A stretch of DNA of 37,737 bases from Hemiscyllium ocellatum (Eukaryota): contig NW_026867842.1 of the NCBI RefSeq assembly GCF_020745735.1, positions 62,001 through 99,737 of the forward strand, given 5' to 3'. Below the pieces are notes generated by a model that searched no databases, was not told the DNA's origin, and saw nothing but the letters and a program-made list of their open reading frames with translations. The position numbers were made by a program, and so were the translations under genes. Each line of letters opens with the position of its first letter. Positions within the stretch are counted from its first letter, which is position 1. This document shows positions 9,431 through 20,790 of the stretch, piece after piece.

Positions 9431-9780
9431 TATGTGCTGTCAGATTCCAGGGAGTGCAGACAGTTCACAGTTTTCTCCCGTCTCAGTAACAAATGTGCAG
9501 CTGCTCCGAGCTCCTTCTTTCACTTCCTCACTTGGTGAAGTTTCAACCTTGCGATCTGACAGCCTTTGCAGTTATTTTTTACACTGGGGCTTTCTGCTGT
9601 GGTCAGAATCTCTAATAATAAGTGTCCAATCAGTGACAATCACAGCAGCTAAGAGCAGTCAGGACTGAGTAGCCAGGCTCACTGGGAAACACATTGGGAA
9701 GATCAAAGCCATCCCCTTCAGGTCCCGGTACAACCTCCATCCCTCTCCCTGAGCACTGTCTGCTGCTCAACCAGACTCTT
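9430..9780. promoter_or_regulatory. Conserved non-coding element, candidate B-cell enhancer (copy 1)
   Basis: Inverted homolog at 30850-31200; 96-nt core 9573-9668 has 1 mismatch; motifs CAGCTG 9498-9503, TTTCACTTCC 9518-9527, TGTGGT 9598-9603. Confidence 0.6.
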
Positions 9781-9783
9781 TAC

Positions 9784-9995
9784 AAAAACAGAATACCTCA
9801 GCAGGTCTGGCAGCATCTGGGGAAAGAAATCAGAGTTAACCTTTCAGGTCGAGTGACCCTTCCTCAGAACAGTTCTGAGAAGGTTCACGTCCCAAAATTT
9901 TAACTCTGCTTTCTCTCCACAGATGGTGCCAGACCTGCCGAGCTTTTCCAGCAATTTCTGTTTTTGTTCCTCATTTGCAGCATCTGCAGCTTTTT
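9784..9995. mobile_element. Inverted pair of Penelope-type terminal fragments forming a palindrome
   Basis: Centre CTCAGAAC-A-GTTCTGAG (9863-9879); about 90-bp related arms; hammerhead-like core in the left arm (minus strand). Confidence 0.7.
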
Positions 9996-10079
9996 CGGCT
10001 TTTATTTCATACCAGATTCCTTAAAATCTTGGCCTCATCTTTGAGGCTGATCTGAGCCCCAAATCCTCCACAGCACAGA

Positions 10080-10370
10080 GATCACTCACTGAAAGTCCCA
10101 CTCGTTGCTTTGGGACTCCAAACATGACCATTCTAATGTTGTCTTGGGCCACATCACAGCCACTGCCCTCTGTAAACTTCAGCTCACCCCAAAACTCTGC
10201 TGCCCGTATCCGAACTCGCAACAAATCCCATCCCCATCCCCCACCGTCCTCACTGAGCGACATTGGCTCCCGGTCCAATAACACCTCGATTTTCAAATTC
10301 TCGTCCTTGTTCTGAAGTCCCTCCCTGTCCATCGACCCTCCCCATCTCTGTAACCTCCTCCTGGCTGCCT
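10080..10370 (+). mobile_element. L2-type LINE RT C-terminal fragment
   Basis: ORF 10124-10315 PQNSAARIRTR...IFKFSSLF resembles the L2 motif QNAAAR...W...RIxFK. Confidence 0.6.
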
Positions 10371-13080
10371 CACTCAGTGTGGTCAGCAATCTTGGATATA
10401 TGGCTCTCTATTCCTTCATCCAAGTCATTCAGAAATATTATGAAATGCTAAAGTCCCAGGACGGATCCCTGGCACACCACTATTCACCTCTTGCTCATTG
10501 GAGGACACACACATTATTCCCTCACTCTGTCTCCTATCTCCAAACTAATTCCTAACCCAAGGCAAATGTTTTTTCTCTTATTCAATATGGTTCCACGTTG
10601 ATGAACAATCTCTCAAACAGTGAAACTCGGAGCAGGAATAGGCCATTCAGCCCTTCGAGCCTGTTCTGCCATTCAATATGATCATGGCTGATCATCCAAC
10701 TCAGTTGCCTGTTCCTGCTTCATCCCCATAACCTTTGATCCCTTTCATTCTAAGAACTGTATTGTGCCCTTTCTGGAAAACATTCAGTGGTTTGAGCTGA
10801 ACTGCTTTCAGTGACAGAAACGTCTACAGGCTTCCTGTAGAATGAAAATATTTCTCTCCATCTCAGCTCTAAATGTCCTTTCCCGTATCCTTAAACTTTA
10901 ATCCTTGATTCTGGACTCCTTCGTCATCAGGAACATCCTGTCTTGTCCTGTTAGGATTCTAGAGTTTTCAGTGTGACTCCCCATAATCTTCTAACCTCCA
11001 GTGAATATAATCCTAACTGATCCAGTTTCTCATCAGATCTAAGTCTAATTGCTGTCATCCCAGGAGTCAGCCTGGTAAACCTTCGCTGCCCTCCCTCCAC
11101 AGCCAGAACATCTTTCCTCAGATAAGTAGACCAAAACTGCACACAATACAATCGTAAAATCGCACAGTACAGAAGAGGCCCTTCGACCCATTGTACCTGT
11201 ACCATCCAAACTACAGTAAACCTGCATTCATCCAAATTTCCAACACAAGGCCCATAGCTTTAAATGTTATGATATTTCAAGGGTTAATCCAAGTACTTTT
11301 AAAAGTCCTCCTCAACTACCAGCCCAGACAATGCAAACCAGACCCCCACCACCCTCTGGGTGAAAATCTCCTCTTCAAATCCCCTATGAAGCTCCTGTCT
11401 TTCACAGTGAATGTGTGCCAACTCCGAAGAAGAGGAACAACTGCTTTCTATTCATTGTGTCCATTCCCCTCATAGCCGTTTACACCTCTATCAGGTCCTC
11501 TCAACCTTCTCTGCTTCAAAGAAAACAACCCGAGTTTATCCAGCCTCTCTTCATCGCTGAAATGCTTCATCCCAAGCAACATCCTGGTGACTATTCTCTG
11601 CACCCCCTCCAATACAATCCCATCCTTCCGATTGCGTGGTGACCAGAACTGCACACAGTACTCCAGCTGTGGCCTAACAAAAATTCTGAATAGCTCCAAC
11701 ATATCTTCCCTGGTCTTCTCATCTATACCTGAAATGATAAAGGCAAGTGTCCCATATGATTTCATCAATACTTTATTCACCTGTTACATTGTCCAAAGTT
11801 CATCACCTCACATTTATCAGGGGTAAGTTCCATCTGACTCTGATCTGCCCATCTGACCAATCCAGTTAGATCCTCGTGTCACCCAAGACCTTCTTCCTCA
11901 TTGTCAACCATCTGCCAAACCTCGTGTCATCCAAAAACTCAGTCATCATCCACTCACCCCCACCCCTCACCTCTCACATTCTCATCTTCATTGTTTCAAT
12001 ACATCCTGAACAATAAGGGACCCAGCACTGATCCCTGTGGTATCCCACTGCACACTGGGCCCAGTCACATAAACAAATTTCTGCCTCCACCCTCTGTCTC
12101 CTGTCACTGAACCAGTTTTGGTTTGAATATTCAGGAGTGGACTCACTAAGGCCCCATACAATTACAGCAAGACATCCCTGTTCCTGTACGCAAATTCTCT
12201 CACTATAAAGGTAACATATCATTTACCTTCTGCACTGCCTGCTGCACCTACACGCTGACTTTCAGTGACTGGTATACACGGACACAGGCATCTCTGCATC
12301 TTCTTCACTGCTCCCCCTCCCACCCAGCTTTGTGTCATCTGCAAATTGGAGATATTACTCTTAAGTTCCCTCATCTAAACCATGAACAAATATGAACATT
12401 ACTGACATGAATAGAGAAGTGGTTGGCAGGCTGGAAACAAAGAGTAAAAAAAACAGACCTTTTTCTGAAAAGGTCTGTTTTTTTTTACTCTTTGTTTCCA
12501 GCCTGCCAACCACTTCTCTATCCATGTCAGTACACTGCCCCAGTCCATTGAGTCTTACTTTTACTCGCTAATTTCTACTGTGGGACTGTTTAAAAGCCTT
12601 CTGAAGGTTCCAGATAAACCACATCCGTTGGCTCCCCCTTGTCAAATCTGCTCATTCCATCCTCGAACAATTCCAGTCAATTTGTTCTGCATGATTTCCC
12701 TTTCCACAAACCATGCTGACTCTGTCTAATCCTATCACTGTCTTCCACGTGCCCAGTGATTAAATCTTTCACAACGAACTTGACTATTTTTCCCAATACC
12801 AATGTCAGGCTGACTGGTCCAGGTTGCCCACTTTTCTCTCTCCCTCCCATTTTAAACAGTGATGTTACATTCGCAACTCTCCAGTCACTGGGAAAGTTCC
12901 AGAATCAATAGAATCTTGAACACCAATGTTCCCAAAATTTTTGGGCAATTCCTGAAGTAATCTGAAATGTAGGTTATTGGTCCCTGCGGATTTATCAAAC
13001 TTTAATCCCATAAATTTTCCAAAACCATTTCCCGAATAAAACTAATTTTCTTCAGTTCTGCCCTCAGTCTATACCCTGAC
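10370..13080 (-). mobile_element. Stack of old CR1 fragments, largely shared with the other arm
   Basis: CVQFWSTYLRKDVLAVEGGQRRFTR; RPQLEYCVQFWSP; RT motifs; junctions mirrored at 28040-30540. Confidence 0.85.
12400..12532. repeat. Near-perfect inverted repeat (64/65-bp arms, 4-nt loop)
   Basis: Arms 12400-12463 and 12468-12532 differ by one substitution and one homopolymer base; loop TCTG. Confidence 0.97.
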
Positions 13081-13319
13081 GTCCCAACATGTTTCAAATG
13101 GATTTGAGTTTTCCTTTGTGTACAAAGATCCAGAATGCAGCAAAGGCAGAAATTTCCTTGTCAGCTTTTGTCAGCGATACTTGTCAATATACTTTCATCA
13201 AATCAATTTTCAATAGGAATGACACACTACCCACCATTTCAATGCAATCTTCTGACCTGGGAATAGGTTACAAATCCATCTTTGTGACTACATTCACTTT
13301 CCTATAGTGTACACAGAAT

Positions 13320-13960
13320 CGAATTGAAACATCTGGCTGAGTCACCAAACAAGAGAACTCCAACTACTCTTAACAGTTCAATCAGGGGACCCTCTCTTGT
13401 TTGTGATCAGTAATTTGCTGATTTTTAGGTGGTTTGAATCACCCCCAGATCCCTGGTTCCACAAATGGGCTGATTTAAAACTGTGAAATTAAGAAGGCAA
13501 TAGACAGGTGTTTCAGGGCAAAAGAATCTCTGTGTTTATTCAGAACAGGCCTGTGTCTGGAAGCTCTTGTTCAGATAGCGTTTGGTTGGTGTTCCTGCTC
13601 TCGGGTGTCCTTTGTTACGATGATGCTCTTGGTTTGGTGTCTGGATTCAGCTTCTCTGTTCAGCCTCTGTAGTTGTTGGTTCTAAAGCTGCTTGTTGGTA
13701 GTGTGTGTTAGTAGGCCGAGGTTGTAAAAGTTAGTTTTAGTCAAGAGATTGTGTTCTGGTTGGTGTCCCTTTCAGAGTTGAGGTGTGAACTGGAATTCCA
13801 GGCAGAACAATAGTTCCAGGCAGCCATTTTTTACAAAAAATCCAGGGTTTTAGATGATAGTGACTTTTGCTCAATCCTACACAAGAGAACTCCAATTACG
13901 CTGACAATTCAATCAATTGATTCTCCAACATGAATTGAGCTTCATTTGTTACTTTGACTT
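13320..13960 (-). mobile_element. Possible decayed LTR-like sequence
   Basis: No CR1 similarity seen; minus-strand AATAAA near 13535; about 35-bp direct repeat at 13349 and 13881. Weak support. Confidence 0.3.
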
Positions 13961-14059
13961 ATTTCTCTGGTTTTAATCAAAATGGATTTTGTTTTATTGG
14001 GTCTGAATAACCTACATCCACATCATGTTCGATTAATCTGGGACACCTAAGTGTATCTT

Positions 14060-14620
14060 TTAAAGACCATGTATCAGTGTAGAGTTAGGCCATTCAGCCC
14101 ATCACGTCTGCCCTGCCATTCGATCATAATTGATTTGTTTGTCAACCCCATACTCCTGCCTTTTCTCCATTACCCTTGATCCCTTTACCAATCAAGAATC
14201 CATCTATCTCTGTCTTAAATACACTCAATGACTTGGCCTCCACAGCATTCTGCAGCAATGATTAATCCACAGATTAACCACTCTCTGGATGAAAAATCTC
14301 CTCCTCATCTCAGTTCCAAAGGATGGTCCCTTCACTCTGAAGCTGTGCCCTCAGTCTCTCTGCCAAGTGGAAACATCTTCTCCATGTCTACTCTATCCAG
14401 GCCTCTCAGTATACTGTATGTTTCACTGAGATTCTCCCTCATCCTTCCAAACTCCATCAAGTACAGATCGAATACAGGCCCCAACCACTCCTCACACAAA
14501 CTTCTTTGTATTCTCTGAGCAATCTCACTCTGTCCCTCTGTTGATCTTCCTCCAGATGCAAAAATACAGTGTCTGAATTCTCTAATATCTCTGAATTTGT
14601 TCACCTCATAGGAGGAAGTT
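14060..14620 (-). mobile_element. CR1 3' fragment
   Basis: EFGRMRENLSETYSILRGLDRVDMEKMFPL; 3' UTR motifs. Confidence 0.85.
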
Positions 14621-14809
14621 CACTTTGGAAATTGTCCAATTGCCTTTGGATCTCATGCTTTTTCTCATCCCCTCCTCCATTATACTCACTACTTGACACA
14701 CCTGTACACGACTGAATGGTTCCTCAAAAACTGAGAGAGGAATTAAGGATGCTGGTTCAATCACATGTTGAGGTTTACCTATAACTTGACAAGTGTTTTT
14801 AAAAAATTA

Positions 14810-16150
14810 TTCATTTTGTGTAATGTGAGCATCACTGGCTGGCCAGGATTTGTTGCTTATCCCCAGTTGCCCAAGGCCAGCATTTATTGCTCATCCCTAA
14901 TTCAACTCTTTTGTCCACGTTTGAACCAATCTGTAATGAAGCCAGGAGCTGAGTGACCCTGGTGGAACCCAAACTGGGCATCACTGAGCAGGTTATTGCT
15001 GAGCAGGTGCTGATTGATAGCACTGTTGATGACACATTCCCTCACTTCGCTAATGACCGAGAGGAGACTGATGGGGCGGTAACTGGCTGGCTTGGATTTG
15101 TCCTGCTTTTTATGTATAGGACATTGTTGGGCAATTATCCACATTGTCGGGCAGATGCTAGTGTTATAGCTTTCCTGGAACAGCTTGGCTAGGGAAGTGA
15201 CAAGTTCTGGAGCACAAGTCTTCAGTATTATTACCAGAATGTTGTCAGGGTCCATAGCCTTTGCAGTACCCAGTGCCTCCACCCATTTCTTGATAACACG
15301 TGGAGTGAATCAAATTGACTGAAGATGGTTATCTTTAATGCTGAGGACCACTGGAGGAGGCCAAGATGGATCATCCACTCAGGACTTCTAGCTGAGGATT
15401 TCTGCAAAAGCTTCAGCCTTATCTTTTGCCCTGATGTGTTGGACTCTTCCATCATTGAGGGTGGGGATATTTGTGTGGAGCCCGCTCATCCAGTGAGATG
15501 TTTAATCGTCTACCAGTACTCATGACTGGATGTGACAGGGCTGCAGAGCTTAGACCTGATCCATTGGTTGTGTGTTGTCTAATACTGTCTGTCAATTGCT
15601 GCTTGTGCTGCTTGCCATGCAAGTAGTCATGTTTGGTGGTTTCACCAGGTAAATACCTCATCTTGGTAAAAACAATGACTGCAGATGCTGGAAACCAGAG
15701 TCTAGATTAGAGTGGTGCTGGAAAAGCACAGCAGTTCAGGCAGCATCCGAGGAGCAGTAAAATTGACCTTTCGGGCAAAAACCCTTCATCAGGAATGCAG
15801 GAATACCTCATCTTGATGAATGACTGGTGCTGCTCCTGGTACGCCCTCCTGAATTCTCCATTGAACCAGTGTTGATTCCCTGGTTTGATGATAATGGTCG
15901 TGTCGGGGCTGGAGCACAATTCTGCTGCTGTTGATGGCCCACAGTACTTCATGGATGCCCAGTCATGAGTTGTGAGATTGGTTGTAAGTCTGTCCCAGTT
16001 AGTCTCGTGAAAGTGCCACACAACACGATGGAGGCTATTCTCAATGAAGGCGGGTGTTGGTCTTCACAAGGACTGTGCGGTGGTCACCCTTACTGGTACT
16101 TTCGTGGACAGAAGCATCTGCAGCTGGCAGATTGGTAAAAATGAGTTCAA
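14810..16150 (-). mobile_element. Decayed non-LTR retrotransposon (CR1/L2 group, distinct family) with endonuclease and RT remnants
   Basis: KAMDPDNILVIILKTCAPEL...YRPISLLSVIS...QFGF; ELIFTNLP...GDHRTV (endonuclease SDH motif). Confidence 0.85.
15666..15801 (-). mobile_element. 136-bp Penelope-type insertion with hammerhead-like motif and 14-bp TSD
   Basis: TSD AATACCTCATCTTG at 15652-15665 and 15802-15815; minus strand CTGATGA-A-GGG-TTTTTG-CCC-GAAA-G-GTC. Confidence 0.8.
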
Positions 16151-16154
16151 GTAT

Positions 16155-18000
16155 GTTACATTTATAAAACTGTGCCACATCTTTATATAATTTTGGCTCA
16201 ATAAAACACCTGATTCTGGATGCCTGTGGACAATTGGACAATTTCCAAATCCCCACGGTCCTGTCATGGAAATCTGATGTGCTCCTCACGATATCTCCCT
16301 GTGATAGCTGGATGGTACCACGAGCCAATATCTAACCAACCATTCTTCATCTGGGGGTCCATGGAGGGGCGGTGGGGTGGGGGGGGGGTGGTCTCCACTT
16401 CCTCATCAGTGCTCCATTCTGAAGATAATAGCATTCTGAAACCCCTCCAGCCTCGACCTCAGTATGAACTGACAGTGCTCATTTATTTCATTCGGGATCT
16501 GCTTTTTGGATCTGCTGTAATTAGGGACATCATACCAACCACTCCACCTGGATTATCTTCACCCTTTTGGAAAGTTTCAGCGATCCTTTCACTTGCTGTG
16601 ATGTCACATCAACCCTTATTGATGGATTTTGTTTAACCATTGCTCTGGTTACCTCACACGAAGGAGAGAGACCAGGAACCTGTTCCTGTCATTGTTCTGT
16701 TTCTTGGCCCTCCTTTGGACATTCTGTAATTATCGGGGAAGATACTGCCTTTAATCCTGACAAAATATTCCCCAGAAGAAAATCAACTCCCTCAACAGGG
16801 AATATTTTCCCCACTCCGACAATTACTTCTCCTGATAACAAATCACATTCCAGTTGTACTTTATGAGTGGAAGTGGAATATATTCTCCACCAATCCCATT
16901 GATGAACACCTTAGAATCCATTGAGCTCTCTGGAGGGAAAATCGATTCTTTCTCCAGTAAAAGTGATTGTATTGCCCCTGTATCTCTCAGTTTGATTCTG
17001 GGTTTAGCTGAAGAAAAAGGAGTCACCATTCCTTTTGATAAAAATCCTGTCCACCTCTCATCTATTTTACAACTTCCTTTACTGATGACAGAATTCACCT
17101 CCAGCCTTTTTGTTATAGTTACAGCTACAACCTGCTCCGTGGGATTATCTGTTTGCATTCCCTCTTCTGACTCATTTTTACTAACTCCCATAAATCTCCT
17201 GGGTCTTACCTCACAGCTTCCAACATTCCATACGCACATGGCCCACCTTATTCCAAGAGAATCGTTTCAACTTCTGATCATCGCTTCCAGCCTCAGCAAT
17301 TTCTTTCTTAATCTGAAGAGTAGTTCTTGGGCAGGTCCCTCCTGTCCATTCTCTCCCCTGTCTACCTGCCTTCCACACACACTCCCAATTTTTATTTTTC
17401 TCCCATTTCTGGGCCTGATGGGAAAAGGTTTCTGGATTAATCTCCCATCAGGTGACTTCTCCACCTCCTGATGCTGCTTGGCTTGTTGTGCTCTTCCAGC
17501 CTCCTGTTTGTCGACTTTGGATTCCAGCATCTGCAAGGTTTTGGCTTTAATGAAGACTATAATCATTAACCATTCTAGCTGCTTGTCATGCTGTTCTTCC
17601 CCTTCAGGCTTTTACATGAATTCTGATTCTAGAAGGGAAGAAAGTTTTAAATCCTTCTCAGAGAATAATTTCTCCGACAGCATTGTAAGTATTCTCAGCT
17701 GTTAATGCTCTATCCACCTGTCAACATTATTTTGCTGAATTCTCTCAAACTCAGTAGAAGTTTGTGGAGGCTGTTTCTGTAAGTTCTGAAACATCTGTCT
17801 GTTTGTTTCTGGGATCGATGCATATGTGCTTTTCACCTTTTCACTTCCTTGTGATCCTGAGAATGTTCCTCTGGCAGGGATGTAGAAACTTCTTGTGCTT
17901 CCCAAGTTAATTTTGCATGGGCAAACTCCATTGTTTTTCCTCGCCTCACTTGTTTAAATATCTTCTCAAAAGGCATGAAAAATGTCTCCACCTCCTTCTC
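16155..18000 (-). mobile_element. Gmr1-like Gypsy LTR-retrotransposon remnant: gag (SCAN-like capsid), Zn knuckle, protease, then integrase N-terminus
   Basis: EVETFFMPFEKI...FDRW-like gag; W(C)NKVGHVRMECWK knuckle; LRDTGAIQSLL protease; CYYLQNGALMRKWRP...VPSSYHREI.GAH...KDVAQFYKC integrase zinc-finger region. Confidence 0.8.
17410..17535 (-). mobile_element. Penelope-type terminal fragment inserted in the Gypsy gag
   Basis: GATGCTGCTTGGCTTGTTGTGCTCTTCCAGC...GATTCCAGCATCTGCA is similar to the other Penelope-type copies; no hammerhead core. Confidence 0.6.
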
Positions 18001-18004
18001 TTCA

Positions 18005-19607
18005 TAGTCATAGAGTCATAAAGCAAACAAACAGGCCTTTCTGCCCACCATGTTGATGCTGATCAGTAAACACCAAACTGCACTAATCCCATTTACCTGC
18101 ACTTGGTCCATAGCATTCCATGCCCTGGCATTTTATGTGCTCATCTGGATGTGTCTTAAATGTTGTGAGAGGAGCTGCCTCCATCACCTTCTCAAGCAGC
18201 ACATTCCATATTTCTACCACCCTCTGGGGTAAAAAAAATCCTCAATTCCCTCTCAACCACCTTTTCATCACATTAAGCTTATTTCCTCCGGTCATAGACA
18301 TGTCTGCCATGGGGAAAAGATGATCACAATTGACTTTGTCTATGTCCCTCGGAATTTTGTATATCTTAATCAGATTCACCACCCCCTTCCACCACGCCCC
18401 CCCCCCGCCACCCCTACACTCTTCATCTGCTCCACAGGAAACAAACTCAGTTGATCAAGTCTCTCTCCTCATAACTAACACTTTCCATCCCAAGCAACAT
18501 CCTGGTGAATCTACTCTCCACCCTCTCCAGTCCAATCATGTTTGTCCAACAGTGATATGTACACAGTGTTCCAGATATGGCCTAACCAATGCTCTGTAAA
18601 TTAACAATGAGACTTCCTTACTCCGATATTCTACACACTGGCTAATGATGGCAAGCATCCCATTTGCCTTCTTCACCACCCTGTCTAGCTGTGCTGATAC
18701 CATCTGGGATCGGTGGACTTGTACACCAAGGTCCCTTTGTTCCTCACTACTCCCAAGAACATGAGAACATAAGAGCCAGGAGCAGGAGTTGGCCATCTGG
18801 CTCTTCGAGCCTGCTCCACTGTGCAATAAGATCATGGCGGATCTTTTCCTGGACTCAAATCCACATACCTGCACTCTCATCTTATCTCTTAATTCCTTTA
18901 TTTTTCAAAAAAAAAATCTGAGCTCTAAAAATATTTACTGAAGAAACATCAACTACTTCATTGGACAAGAAATTTCATAGATTTTGACCGTCTGGGTGAA
19001 GAAGTTCCTTCTCAATTCAATCCTAAATCTGCTCCCCTTAATTTTGAGGCGATGCCCTCTTGTCCAAGTTTCACCTGCCAGTGGAAATATTCTCTCTACT
19101 TCAGTCTTATCTATTCTCTTCATAATGTTATATGTTTCTATAAGATCCCCCTCATTCTTCTAAGTTCCAATGAATATATGCCAGTCTACTCAGTCTCTCC
19201 TCATAAGCTAATACCCTCAACTCTGGAGTCAACCTTCTCTGCACCCCTTCTAGTGCCAGTACATCCTTTCTCAAGTAAGGAGACCAAAACTGCACAAAGT
19301 ACTCCAGGTGTGGCCTCACCAGCACCCTGTACAGCTGCAACATAACCTCTCTGCTTTTTAAACTCAATCCCTTTAGCAATGAAGGACAAAATTCCATTTG
19401 CCTTCCTAATTGCTTGTTGTACCTGTAGACCAACCCTCTGTGATTCATGCATAAGGACACTCAAGGCACATGCCTTTCATTGTGTATATCCTTCCCTTAT
19501 TAGACCTCCCAAACTGGATCACCTTACACTTGTCAGGATTAAATTCCATCTGCCATTGTTCTGCCCAGTTACCAGCTGATCAATATCAGACTGTAGCCTG
19601 AGACCCA
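18005..19607 (-). mobile_element. Nested CR1 3' fragments
   Basis: VRPHLEYFVQFWSPYLRKDVLALEGVQRR; RPYLEHC; tail motifs. Confidence 0.85.
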
Positions 19608-20348
19608 GTAATCCAAGATGGCAGCAGAGTAGGACTCTTCAGACCAAGTTCATCTGCTCCGTCTGTTTCCTTTTCTGCTTTTTCTTCCACTGGTTTTTAT
19701 TTTCTTTTGTGTTTTTCTTTTGTCATTCTCTCTTCTTTTCTCTCCCAGCCACGGACTTCCAGCCTCACTCGCCAGGCCTCTGACCAGTGCAGCCCCAGTG
19801 TTGCGGCCTCTTGACTTGGTGTGGCAGAGTCCTAACCTGGCAGAGAGACCTCCCAGCTCGGTGAGGCAGACTCTCGGTCTGACGTGTTGGGCTCTCAGTT
19901 TAATGTGGAGGCCTCTCGGCTCAGAATGCTCGACTGTCACTCCAGCGTGACGAACTCTCGGCCTAGCATGGCGATCTCTCAATGGACCAACGTGGTTGTC
20001 TCTCGGCCCACAGTGTGGTCTTTTGCTGTATATAGTGGTCTTTCAGCCCAGCACAGCCTCAGCTTGCCTTCCGGTCTCGAAGTGAATGATTCAAAGTATG
20101 ATCCCACGGTAGCTAAGCACTTAAGAAAGACTGGAATGATTGAACTTCCAGATTTATTTCTTTATTTTATTCTTAAAACTAAAAAGGTAAAAAAGTCTGT
20201 AACGTGTAACTTTTAAATTTATTCTTTCTTTATACCTTGTTCTTAAGATTCTGTATCTCGGTCCTTGTACCTAAGATGGCTCCTTCCAAGGTGACATCAC
20301 ATACTTTTGTATTTGAGTCCATGTAACAATAAAATAAAATAAAATCAA
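19608..20348 (+). mobile_element. About 740-bp non-coding interspersed-repeat-like element inserted in CR1
   Basis: Starts near CCAAGATGGCAGC, has internal 42-45-bp repeats, ends GTAACAATAAAATAAAATAAAATC; CR1 sequence resumes on both sides. Confidence 0.6.
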
Positions 20349-20790
20349 TATCAACAACACCACCAATTTACGTGGCATCTGAAAACTTTCTAATTATACA
20401 ATCACAGTCAATTCATTAAGGTACATTACAAACAGAAAGGGTCGCAGCCCCAATTCCTGTCATACACCACTGGTCACAGGCTTCCAATTACGAAGACAAC
20501 CCTTCACCAACTTGTCAACTTGCCTTGGATCCCATGGGCTCTGACCATCTGGACCAGCCTTCCATGTGGGGCCTTTGTCAAACAAATCAATACTGGCATC
20601 CCGACCTCTTCAAGTATTGCTTAATCCTGTACTTCAGGATTTTTTCTAATAATTTCCCTCACACTGACATCAGACTAACTGGTCTGGAATTGCCTGGCCT
20701 ATCCCTGCTGCCCTTCTTGAACAAAGGAACCACATTGACAATCCTCCAGTCTGGCACTTCACCTGTGGCCAGCGAAGTATTCATCAAGGA
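20349..20790 (-). mobile_element. CR1 RT fragment (continuation of the interrupted element)
   Basis: ACTGGTCACAGGCTTCCAAT; ACTGACATCAGACTAACTGGTCT (NYRPVSL, antisense). Confidence 0.8.

Noticed and set aside
9533-9668. C/D-box snoRNA interpretation of the conserved element
   Set aside because: Ends in CTGA, but no RTGATGA C box or terminal stem is present in either copy.
17413-17451. 10-bp inverted repeat CCTGATGGGA...TCCCATCAGG as a terminator or transposon end
   Set aside because: Lies at the junction of a Penelope-type fragment and Gypsy gag; best explained as a small insertion-associated template switch.
16854-17471. 205-aa plus-strand ORF as a novel gene
   Set aside because: It is the antisense frame of the Gypsy gag-protease remnant.
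19579-20353. ATCAATATCA as a 10-bp TSD of the 740-bp element
   Set aside because: CR1-like sequence continues after the first copy to about 19607, so the match is not at the insertion point.
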